Source: Candidatus Saccharimonadota bacterium
GTDB lineage: Archaea > Micrarchaeota > Micrarchaeia > Micrarchaeales > Micrarchaeaceae
Length of the DNA stretch: 32,000 bases
Direction of reading: 5' to 3'
Assembly (NCBI GenBank): GCA_021654395.1
Contig: AP024486.1
Location: 330,001-362,000, forward strand
Positions 8,816-16,993 of this stretch are shown here, piece by piece (position 1 is the stretch's first letter; each line of letters starts with the position of its first letter). The notes beneath the pieces are model-generated. The model worked only from the letters and a program-made list of their open reading frames with translations, ran no database searches and was not told where the DNA came from. The translations under genes and the position numbers were made by a program.

Positions 8816-9584
8816 TAGAGCGATTAAAGTATTTATAAAGGATATAAAGGAAGTATTCTCTAGTATAGCCATATGGCTCCCTATGTTTGCTATACCTCTG
8901 GGCTTATCATTCTTACTTCCATATCTTACAGTCTATATAGCAGTATATGAAGCCCCTTCAATCGCTAGCAGAATAGCAAACCTAGTATCAGCTAACATAT
9001 CGCTGCCTCTAGAAGTCAGATTTATACAGTACTTCTCAATAAATGTATTAGCACCTGTATTTTTAACAATACCTGTATTTACTGCATCAGTAATAGCTGC
9101 GGATAGCTTTGCTGGAGAGAAGGAGCGTAAGACCGCAGAGCTATTAGTAAGTACTCCATTATCTAATAAAGAGCTAATATTAGGCAAGATACTAGCATCA
9201 TTTATACCATCAGTATGCCTTTCATTCTTAGTTTTCTTGATATCTTACTATGTATTGCAGTATGCATCTATAAAAAGCTTCTCTTATGCAGCATTAAATC
9301 CTTTTAACTGGTTTATTATACTACTGGCTGCCCCTTTGATAAGCCTATTAACTATAAGTATAGTTGTTATAGTCTCTGCCCATGTCAAGGGCGTAAAGGA
9401 AGCTCAGCAGATCACATCTCTTTTGGTTCTTCCGTTTATCTCATTGCCTTTTGCATCTATACTTAATATAATAAGCTTTAATCTATCCTTCTTTATCTAT
9501 CTACTTATCGGATTAGCGATACTTAACATACTGGTTATAAGCTTTGGTATTGTAACATTTGATAAGGAAGGCTTGGTTAGATGA
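8799..9584 (+). CDS. ABC-2 type exporter permease (NatB-like)
   Basis: 261 aa, about 6 hydrophobic segments. SFAGEKERKTAELLVSTPLS matches the GEKE(R/Q)GT.E.LL..P motif of ABC-2/NatB permeases. Overlaps the ATPase gene by 17 nt. Confidence 0.7.
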   Translation: MIAMNSRAIKVFIKDIKEVFSSIAIWLPMFAIPLGLSFLLPYLTVYIAVYEAPSIASRIANLVSANISLPLEVRFIQYFSINVLAPVFLTIPVFTASVIAADSFAGEKERKTAELLVSTPLSNKELILGKILASFIPSVCLSFLVFLISYYVLQYASIKSFSYAALNPFNWFIILLAAPLISLLTISIVVIVSAHVKGVKEAQQITSLLVLPFISLPFASILNIISFNLSFFIYLLIGLAILNILVISFGIVTFDKEGLVR

Positions 9585-10834
9585 ACGAAGATTCAATAAC
9601 ATCCAAGGCAAGAGAGATTATAGATAAAAGGATACCATTCCATAAGATAGAGGATTACTTTAATGTTGATTCAAATGAAGCCACTTTAATAAGAATAAGA
9701 GCATTGGAGCTTATGAGAGGCAAGGAGTTAAACAGCTTAAGGAGATTTAATATTGATATGAATTATGCAAATAATAGAAATATAGAGAATCCTGTAGGCA
9801 CTATAGAGCTTCCAATAGGATATGCTGGGGATATATTAGTAAATAACGAGAGCTATTCTGTATTCTTAGCTACTACAGAGGGTAGATTAACAGCTGGAGT
9901 TAGTAGAGGAATAAAAGCAATTAACGCATCAGGAGGAGTAAGAGCAGCCATAGTAGATGATGGAATGACAAGAGATATACTAATCGAATTTGATTCTGTT
10001 CTAGACTCTTTAAAAGCAAGAGAGCTTCTAGAAAGAGATAATGTAAAAAGTAAGCTAATAGATGCATTCAATAGTACAACATCTCATGGTGGTCTTATAG
10101 ATATACATGGCTTTTTAATAGCAAGGCAGATGCATCTAAGATTCAAAGCCTTTACTGGAGCGGCTATGGGAATGAATATGGTAACTATAGGCGCAAAGGA
10201 GGCAGCTGAGCGATTTATAGAGATATTACAAAGCAATGGTATAGAGGCAAGAATACTATCAGAATCTGGTAATATGGATACAGATAAGAAGCCAGCAGCA
10301 ATAGACTACATTCTAGGCAGGGGCGTATCAGTTATAGCAGAGAGTTTAGTTAGCTATGAAGCATTAAGAGATATACTAAAAGTAAGTGAGCCTAAAAACA
10401 TTGAGAAGCTAAATATCGCAAAGAATTATCTAGGATCGGCTTATGCTGGATCACATGGATTTAATGCACACGTTGCAAATATATTAGCTGCTATGTTTAT
10501 AGCTCATGGTCAGGATGCTGCACAGATAGTTGAAGGCTCGCAAGCATTCACTTATATTGAAAACATTGATGATAAGAATCTTTTATATATATCAGTAACT
10601 ATAAACTCATTAGAAGTTGGTACTATAGGTGGAGGTACTGGCTTACCTAAGCAGAAAGAGCTATTAAGCTACAATAATCTTTATGGTATAGAAGATAAAG
10701 AGGGAGTAACAAGGAAGAGATTCGCCATGCTTGTTGCTGCAGTTGCGTTGGCTGGAGAGCTTAATCTATTAGCTATACAAGAGGAGCTTAAGCTTTCACA
10801 TAGTCACAAGACTATAAAAAGGGATGTTAAATAA
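9581..10834 (+). CDS. hmgA: 3-hydroxy-3-methylglutaryl-CoA reductase (class I, archaeal type)
   Basis: ENPVGTIELPIGYAGDILVN...VFLATTEGRLTAGVSRGIKAI, GAAMGMNMVT, DAAQIVEGS and GTIGGGTGLP are the conserved HMGR catalytic blocks. ATGA overlap with the permease stop. Confidence 0.9.
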   Translation: MNEDSITSKAREIIDKRIPFHKIEDYFNVDSNEATLIRIRALELMRGKELNSLRRFNIDMNYANNRNIENPVGTIELPIGYAGDILVNNESYSVFLATTEGRLTAGVSRGIKAINASGGVRAAIVDDGMTRDILIEFDSVLDSLKARELLERDNVKSKLIDAFNSTTSHGGLIDIHGFLIARQMHLRFKAFTGAAMGMNMVTIGAKEAAERFIEILQSNGIEARILSESGNMDTDKKPAAIDYILGRGVSVIAESLVSYEALRDILKVSEPKNIEKLNIAKNYLGSAYAGSHGFNAHVANILAAMFIAHGQDAAQIVEGSQAFTYIENIDDKNLLYISVTINSLEVGTIGGGTGLPKQKELLSYNNLYGIEDKEGVTRKRFAMLVAAVALAGELNLLAIQEELKLSHSHKTIKRDVK

Positions 10835-10892
10835 TTTATATAATGCATAATAATCATTTTATAACTTAAAAGACATTATTCAATTCGTATAT

Positions 10893-10964
10893 GGGCCTAT
10901 AGCTCAGGAGTAGAGCGCTCGCTTCGCATGCGAGAGGTCGCGGGTGCGAATCCCGCTAGGTCCA
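10893..10964 (+). tRNA. tRNA-Ala (anticodon CGC)
   Basis: Cloverleaf folded by hand: acceptor GGGCCTA/TAGGTCC with the G3:U70 alanine identity pair, D arm GCTC-AGGAGTA-GAGC, anticodon arm CTCGC-TTCGCAT-GCGAG, T arm GCGGG-TGCGAAT-CCCGC, discriminator A. No intron. CCA is not cleanly encoded. Confidence 0.9.
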
Positions 10965-10980
10965 TCCATCTATTAATTGA

Positions 10981-10990
10981 TTTATATAAA
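10981..10990 (+). promoter_or_regulatory. Candidate TATA box (TTTATATAAA) for the 11026-20516 operon
   Basis: The only strong TATA-like element in the 61-nt gap between tRNA-Ala and ATG 11026. It lies 36-45 nt upstream of the ATG. Position only, no experimental support. Confidence 0.3.
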
Positions 10991-11025
10991 GAAAAGCTTA
11001 TTAATCATAAAAGTTCTATTTATAA

Positions 11026-12675
11026 ATGATGGAGATGATTATTTATTTATTCATAGCAACATACATACTTTCATTTAACTTCGTGCTAGCTCTTATACCT
11101 ATAATAATCATACTTATACTTCTCTTTGCAGCTGGTGGTTCAAGATCCGGGATAAGCATTCTTGGGCTTATAGGATTCTCAGCTATAGTTGGAGCAGTAA
11201 GTGGGGGCAACCCTACAAAGGCTGTTAAGCGTGCTGGCAAGAATTTAAAGAAGACTTATGAAGGAATATATAAAAACCCTGCTTTGATGGAGTCTTTTAA
11301 TCAACTTGGTTACTCTTTAGCAGAAGGCGTAGAGAACGCTCGTCTTTATGCTAAAGCTAGATCTTATGGTCTTGACAGTAAAGTATCAAACGATGTAGCC
11401 AATAGTATAAAAGCAGGCTTTGAAAGTATAAATAATGCGATTGAAAATGATCTTAAACCTGCTTACAGATCAGGCCAAGCACTAAATCAATCACAGCAGG
11501 CTAATCTAAATCAAGACATAGATTATATAAACGATGCCTATGATCTTTATGCTGCATCTAATGCGGATGAGGAGGTATTCTATAACAAGTTCTTTGAATT
11601 GTTAAGAAAAAACCCGGAGTTGGCTAAGAGTCTTAATAATCATTTAATGAAAGTAATAGAAAATGATAAGCTTCTACCAAAAGCATTTAATAAAGCACCT
11701 TCAAATGCGACTGATGCAGAAAAACTTAGGGCTATTTTAGAGTCAGGAACGCCAGAAGCAGCCGTACTGAGAAATATAATTAAAAATTCTGTAGCTAAAG
11801 GCTTAGAATCAGCGTTTGCAGATAGGTATAATATAAAAAGAGTAACAAATAATCTGGCTTGGTATGCTACACAAGTAAGTTCTAATACACCTAAGTTTAG
11901 ATTAAAAAGTGCTAATGAAGCAAATATTGCGTATGAGAACCTGGCTAGAGCAAAGATGCTTTTTAACATAGACCCTGATGCAAATATAACTGCTGAAGCA
12001 TACAGAAGGGTTATAGATCAGGCAGCCGATAGGCATTTAGCAGGATACTGGAAAGCATTAGACAAGATGTATAAAGGTAATGCAGAATTACCTAGTTATA
12101 TGAGTTTGGGCTTCTACTCTGAAGAGGAATTCTTAAATAAGTATGTAAATGTGACTTCGCGCACAGGGCTTAAAGAAACATTATCTGGTCTATATGGTAG
12201 GAAAGAAAATGCAATGCGTGCACATATAAAAGTTCTTAAGAGACTTGCATCTATAGAGGCAGAGAGAAATTACTACTATAGAACTCTGGGCATGCACATA
12301 AAGCCAACTAATCCATTGGTATTTAATATTAAGGAGGCTTACTATGGAGGTCTCAGGAGATTAGAAAAGGCAACTCCACATAGAGTTAGTCCAGTATTTA
12401 GAAAGCTATTAGAGGATGAAAAAGGTAAAGTTCACTCAGGAAAGATTGAACTTAAGAGCTGGTTTATTCTACCAACTACATTCGAAGCTATGAGATTAGC
12501 GAGACATCCTAAAGATATAAAAGAAGCAGTTAGAAAAGCATTAACTAGACAGAACTTAAGAAAAACATTAGGCATTGCAAAGAGGTCACGTAGGGAAAGG
12601 AATGACTTAATTGAGGAATATCTAAAGGAACTTAAAGAGAAGAGAAGGTTTGAAAAAGAAAAGTTTATTAATTAA
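11026..12675 (+). CDS. Membrane-anchored helical protein of unknown function (operon gene 1)
   Basis: 549 aa. Two N-terminal hydrophobic segments (IIYLFIATYILSFNFVLALIPIIIILILLFAA; ISILGLIGFSAIVGAV) are followed by a K/R-rich stretch (KAVKRAGKNLKK, positive-inside). About 470 aa of hydrophilic Ala/Asn/Lys-rich sequence then ends in a basic tail KRSRRERNDLIEEYLKELKEKRRFEKEKFIN. No Walker A/B or other catalytic motif seen by eye. Confidence 0.75.
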   Translation: MMEMIIYLFIATYILSFNFVLALIPIIIILILLFAAGGSRSGISILGLIGFSAIVGAVSGGNPTKAVKRAGKNLKKTYEGIYKNPALMESFNQLGYSLAEGVENARLYAKARSYGLDSKVSNDVANSIKAGFESINNAIENDLKPAYRSGQALNQSQQANLNQDIDYINDAYDLYAASNADEEVFYNKFFELLRKNPELAKSLNNHLMKVIENDKLLPKAFNKAPSNATDAEKLRAILESGTPEAAVLRNIIKNSVAKGLESAFADRYNIKRVTNNLAWYATQVSSNTPKFRLKSANEANIAYENLARAKMLFNIDPDANITAEAYRRVIDQAADRHLAGYWKALDKMYKGNAELPSYMSLGFYSEEEFLNKYVNVTSRTGLKETLSGLYGRKENAMRAHIKVLKRLASIEAERNYYYRTLGMHIKPTNPLVFNIKEAYYGGLRRLEKATPHRVSPVFRKLLEDEKGKVHSGKIELKSWFILPTTFEAMRLARHPKDIKEAVRKALTRQNLRKTLGIAKRSRRERNDLIEEYLKELKEKRRFEKEKFIN

Positions 12676-12701
12676 TAATTAAAGATTAGTGGTAGTTACT
12701 T

Positions 12702-14255
12702 ATGCAAGTTAGCAGAGTAGCAGTATTTACAATCATAGCTTTAGCTATACTTTTAAGCTTAACGCTATCTCCAGTAATTAATAAGAGTATAATAAAGGAA
12801 ACAAATGTATTTATAGAAAAGAGCGCTGCTTCTTTTCAATTGAGTCTTTTCAATAAGATTCCTAGAGTAGCATATATATTACCAAGGCCCACTCCTATTC
12901 CAGGACCTGGCTCAGGTCAATCCGGTTCTGGTCAATCAAGCTCTAGCTCTACTCAATCGAGCTCTTCAAGTAGTACAACTCTTGTATCGTGTACATCTAC
13001 ACCTGGAAATAATCTAAACAGTACAATAATAGGATATATATATAATCTGTCATTTTATGTTTGGATTGGTGTATTAATCTCTTTCTTAATATTGGGAGTA
13101 GCATATATGATAAAAAAGATATATCCTTCAAAAAGCTTTAATGAGTTTTTTGAGGAGGAGCTCAGAAGTGCAGTCGAATCTTTAATTATTATAGGTATGG
13201 TTGTTGGTTTGATACTTTTTATAGGAGATGCTGCAGGCTCTATAAGCGCGAATATAGTACAGTCTACACAGACTAGTGGATTATCATTATCTGGTAAGGG
13301 TGTTGGCCTTCTATATTCGTCTACCTGCTACGATATAGGCTATATATTAGCTCAGACATATAATATATATAGCTATATAATAGGCGCTTCGGAGGGCGCA
13401 GCTACTGCATCTTCTGGTAGTTTAACTTTTGATCCTATATACCCTTTGCCATTTACACTTGGCTTAGTCTCTGTAGAAGCAGGTGGATCTGAGCCTTTAG
13501 GGCAGAATACAGCGTACTTTTATCTTTTCTCCTCAAGCTTAAGTACGGTTGGCTTCTTAAATTTAATAACATATATATTTGAGTATTATGCCTTCTATCT
13601 AATAGTCGGCTTTGGATTTGGTGTTGCTTTACCACTTGGGATAATCTTCAGATCTTTCACATTCTTAAGAGATATAGGCAATAGTCTTATAGGCATAGCG
13701 ATAGGCATAATGCTAGTATATCCTGCATTAGTCTCGCTCTTCATATATCCTATATTCAATTTTATGTTTAATAATCTGGTTCTGCCTGCAGAGCAGAGCA
13801 TAAACGCTATTAGTCAAGCAAACTTTCTAAGCTTTATAGGCAATGCTGTAGGCTTTATAGGCGATCTGCTTACAAGAGGAAACTCTTTCACTACTGGTGC
13901 ATTAAGCTGCAGCAACGCGCTTACAGCTAATCCACAGAATATATTTTCATATGGATTATCCATACCATTTGCAATCTTAAATTATTATATAACAGACATA
14001 TACTATGGTTTTGACACAACCTTTGGTTTAAACTATAATTGCTTTGTATTGGGCTATACAGAAGGCTTTTATTATGCTTTAAGCTATGGTATAAGTAATC
14101 TATTAACAATCTTCATAATTGGAGGCATACCACTTGTAATATTGTTAATATTAGATGTATTTGCAATAATAATGGGCGTGATAATAGTAGATAATATTAC
14201 TAGGGCATTGGGCGGAGAGCTAAAGAAGAGGGTTGGAAGTATAAGACTTGTGTGA
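12702..14255 (+). CDS. Polytopic membrane protein, paralog 1 of 6 (unknown family)
   Basis: 517 aa. N-terminal signal/anchor (VAVFTIIALAILLSLTL), then the linker PGPGSGQSGSGQSSSSSTQSSSSSSTT followed by a Cys. Many long hydrophobic segments. Shares blocks A, B and C with the next five genes (block B GIIFRSFTFLRDIGNSLIGIAIGIMLVYP at 13638-13724). Confidence 0.8.
   Translation: MQVSRVAVFTIIALAILLSLTLSPVINKSIIKETNVFIEKSAASFQLSLFNKIPRVAYILPRPTPIPGPGSGQSGSGQSSSSSTQSSSSSSTTLVSCTSTPGNNLNSTIIGYIYNLSFYVWIGVLISFLILGVAYMIKKIYPSKSFNEFFEEELRSAVESLIIIGMVVGLILFIGDAAGSISANIVQSTQTSGLSLSGKGVGLLYSSTCYDIGYILAQTYNIYSYIIGASEGAATASSGSLTFDPIYPLPFTLGLVSVEAGGSEPLGQNTAYFYLFSSSLSTVGFLNLITYIFEYYAFYLIVGFGFGVALPLGIIFRSFTFLRDIGNSLIGIAIGIMLVYPALVSLFIYPIFNFMFNNLVLPAEQSINAISQANFLSFIGNAVGFIGDLLTRGNSFTTGALSCSNALTANPQNIFSYGLSIPFAILNYYITDIYYGFDTTFGLNYNCFVLGYTEGFYYALSYGISNLLTIFIIGGIPLVILLILDVFAIIMGVIIVDNITRALGGELKKRVGSIRLV
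12900..12980 (+). repeat. Coding low-complexity tract (PGPG-SGQSGSGQ-poly-Ser/Thr) in paralog 1
   Basis: Direct reading of codons 67-93 of the 12702 ORF: cca gga cct ggc tca ggt caa tcc ggt tct ggt caa tca agc tct agc tct act caa tcg agc tct tca agt agt aca act. Confidence 0.9.
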
Positions 14256-14261
14256 TAGTTA

Positions 14262-15620
14262 ATGCAAATAAGGATAAGATATTATATATTGCTTATAATT
14301 ACATTAGCTTTATTATTTACTAGTATCTCTAGCGCTAGTATAACTGGAAATACAAATGCATGTAATGGAAACTTTGGTGTTAATGGTCAGAATAGCTATG
14401 TCAGCGGATGGGTTGGTATAGCCTTTTTAGCAGTAGCAGTAGTATTTATGATAGCGGCTTTTATGTACGCCATAGGTAATGCTGTGGCCTCTGTATCTCT
14501 AAGGAATAAGCTAATTAGCTACAGCAAGGCAGAGCTTATGCAAGGTGTCTTCTCAATTATACTCATATTTATACTACTATGGGTAGCGCAAGGAGTAAGT
14601 TCAGTCTCATGTATTATATTTTCTGATATATTTAGTAATACTGTAGCAGGTACAAACTTAAACTATCTTGCATACGCTGATCCGTTTACTGCTTCAGAGA
14701 TATTTTTCAACTATGTACTATATAATATAGGCTTCAATGTATACTTTAATGTAGTAGAGAAGGAAGGCCTGGGTCTGCTAACAAGCGCCAACTATCTAAC
14801 GGCAGGATATAACTATGTCTCTAGAATAATAAACGGAATTACTAGTGGTCTAGTTAAAGATGTTGGAGCTGAGATAGTACCGGAGCTTAATATCGAGGCC
14901 ATACAAAGTCTTGGTTATACATTCGCAGATTTCTTACTTGATATAGCAAATCCATTAGTTTTTATAGGAATAGCTATGATACTTATAGTTGTAATAGTCT
15001 TACCAGTTATACCATTAATTGCATTTACGGTTATACTACCAGTTGCGATAGTTATTAGATCTTTAAGCTTTATATCTAGCGGTAATCTTAGAAAAGTTGC
15101 TGATACATTCCTAAGTCTCGCTATAGGTCTATATTTTGTATTTCCTTTAACAGTGGCTATGGATATATACATATTAAATTATGTTTACTGCGGTAATGAG
15201 TTTAATCTAGGATCAGCAACTATAAACACTGCAAGCTGTAATCCTGGTTATTATAAGATGTTTTTAGACTCTGCATTGCCAAGCAATGCACTTAACATAG
15301 TTACATCTGGATATATATCATCTTCATCAAGCAGTTTAGGCTCTGTAACATCAGTTCCACCATCAACTACAATAAGCCAACTAGAATCAAGCACGCCTCT
15401 AGTCTATGGAGCAAATCTGCTATCTGGCTTTGGTGATGCGATATCTTACTACATAGACTTTCCAAGCTATCTGCTATCTTTTATAGCAACGGTCTCAGAG
15501 CTTTATTTCATAGCAGTGTTTTTACTAGGCCTAGATGTTGGCATAGTAATCGCATTTGTACAGAGCTTAGCAGATTCGATTTCAGGTTTTATAACGAGCA
15601 GTAGCATATTCGGTGAATAA
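14262..15620 (+). CDS. Polytopic membrane protein, paralog 2 of 6 (unknown family)
   Basis: 452 aa. Signal-like N-terminus (YYILLIITLALLFTSISSASI), Cys-containing segment NACNGNFG, Ser-rich tract YISSSSSSLGSVTSVPPSTT. Block B VAIVIRSLSFISSGNLRKVADTFLSLAIGLYFVFP at 15042-15146. A GTGAT SD-like motif lies 5 nt upstream. 6-nt gap to the previous gene. Confidence 0.8.
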   Translation: MQIRIRYYILLIITLALLFTSISSASITGNTNACNGNFGVNGQNSYVSGWVGIAFLAVAVVFMIAAFMYAIGNAVASVSLRNKLISYSKAELMQGVFSIILIFILLWVAQGVSSVSCIIFSDIFSNTVAGTNLNYLAYADPFTASEIFFNYVLYNIGFNVYFNVVEKEGLGLLTSANYLTAGYNYVSRIINGITSGLVKDVGAEIVPELNIEAIQSLGYTFADFLLDIANPLVFIGIAMILIVVIVLPVIPLIAFTVILPVAIVIRSLSFISSGNLRKVADTFLSLAIGLYFVFPLTVAMDIYILNYVYCGNEFNLGSATINTASCNPGYYKMFLDSALPSNALNIVTSGYISSSSSSLGSVTSVPPSTTISQLESSTPLVYGANLLSGFGDAISYYIDFPSYLLSFIATVSELYFIAVFLLGLDVGIVIAFVQSLADSISGFITSSSIFGE

Positions 15621-15622
15621 AG

Positions 15623-16993
15623 ATGAGTAGTATATTTACGCAAGTTAGCTCTGCTATAGGCTTCTTTGATATATCTGTTGTGGCAATATTAATATCATTC
15701 TTAATAGTAGCAATAATGTATGCCTTTGGTGCAGTTATAGATAATAATGAGATAAAAGAGAGGGCTGTTTCAGAGTTTGCAAACTCTGTTTATTCAATAG
15801 TATTGTTAGTTGCTATATTTGCTTTTCTTCTATTCTTTGCTAATGTATACATCTCAGCTATATCTACGACATCTTATAATAACTATGTGGCTTACTCATG
15901 TAACTCTCTAGAAGGCTCCCAGCTACCAATAATACAGAATAAACAATCGCAAGCTAGTCTTATATACCAACTATGCAACTTATATCTAAACTTAGGTCAG
16001 TTAAAAGGAAGAGCCTACCAGATAGATTATCCCATATCAACTGCAGCAATAACTCTAGCTAATATGTCAAATCAGACATTCTCTAATACAGTAGATATAT
16101 ACAGCATACAATCATATATCTACTACCTATCCGGATTAAAGGCAATATTTGGAATATGTACCCCAACAGCTGGATGCTTCGCGTATATATTTCAGCCTAA
16201 GGGCTCATTTCAAACCCCATCAGCTTTTGGAGTTAGAATATCTTACGCTCCTTATCTAGGATTAAGGATAGCATATAGCTCTATATCTCCAATAGCTGAT
16301 GGCATATCATTTGCAATGAACTTTATGCTGGGCCTATTGCTTATAATAACAATATTCATATATGCATGGCCTTATCTTTTAGCGTTTGGCATCATACTAA
16401 GAACCTTATCAATAACAAGAATGGTAGGTGGATTACTAATAGCAGCTATTCCTATAATTCTATTAGTACTTCCAACTCTGTTTGCAATAGAGTACATAGC
16501 ATTCAATAACGCCCAGAGTAATAATATATATACAAATATACTTGGTACAGATGCTGCAAATGTACTTGGTTATAATATACCTCAAGAGAAGCCGAATGGG
16601 CAGCTATACTACTATCAATTAAATCTTTTCGATGAACCAAATATAGCATATCTAGCAAATGCCTTAAATTGCAGTACTGGTAGTAATCTGCTATCAATGA
16701 CATCCGAGGACTTTGGATATCTTCTGATTCCATTCTCATCTTTATTCTCTTCTATCTCTAGTATAATAAATCAGCAGACTAAAGGAGTGCCGACATTCTA
16801 TCTTCCAAACTACTGCTCACCTAAGTACGCTCCATATCTTGTCTTCTATATGGCAAGGGCTTATGGCATAATAGCATCTGAAGCCTTTATATTAATTCTA
16901 TTTAATTTAATTATAATAGTAAGTGGAACATCAGCTTTATCTGGATTATTCGGTGGTGATGTTGGTATCGCAGGACTATCAAAACTACTATAA
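15623..16993 (+). CDS. Polytopic membrane protein, paralog 3 of 6 (unknown family)
   Basis: 456 aa with no N-terminal anchor or linker; it starts directly with the block A hairpin. Eight Cys lie in apparently loop regions. Block B FGIILRTLSITRMVGGLLIAAIPIILLVLP at 16385-16474. GGTGA SD at 15612-15616. 2-nt gap to the previous gene. Confidence 0.8.
   Translation: MSSIFTQVSSAIGFFDISVVAILISFLIVAIMYAFGAVIDNNEIKERAVSEFANSVYSIVLLVAIFAFLLFFANVYISAISTTSYNNYVAYSCNSLEGSQLPIIQNKQSQASLIYQLCNLYLNLGQLKGRAYQIDYPISTAAITLANMSNQTFSNTVDIYSIQSYIYYLSGLKAIFGICTPTAGCFAYIFQPKGSFQTPSAFGVRISYAPYLGLRIAYSSISPIADGISFAMNFMLGLLLIITIFIYAWPYLLAFGIILRTLSITRMVGGLLIAAIPIILLVLPTLFAIEYIAFNNAQSNNIYTNILGTDAANVLGYNIPQEKPNGQLYYYQLNLFDEPNIAYLANALNCSTGSNLLSMTSEDFGYLLIPFSSLFSSISSIINQQTKGVPTFYLPNYCSPKYAPYLVFYMARAYGIIASEAFILILFNLIIIVSGTSALSGLFGGDVGIAGLSKLL

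Noticed and set aside
11026-12675. Possible P-loop in gene 1 (AAGGSRSGIS, GGNPTKAVKRAGK)
   Set aside because: Neither string fits GxxxxGK[ST]. The first lies in the short loop between the two TM helices. No Walker B or arginine-finger context follows.
16923-16993. 71-nt overlap between paralog 3 and paralog 4, which could be read as a frameshift or fusion
   Set aside because: It is more simply explained by the track choosing the longest ORF (GTG 16923). In-frame ATG 16959 or GTG 17010 give a sensible basic n-region plus anchor. There is no slippery sequence or evidence of a disrupted gene.
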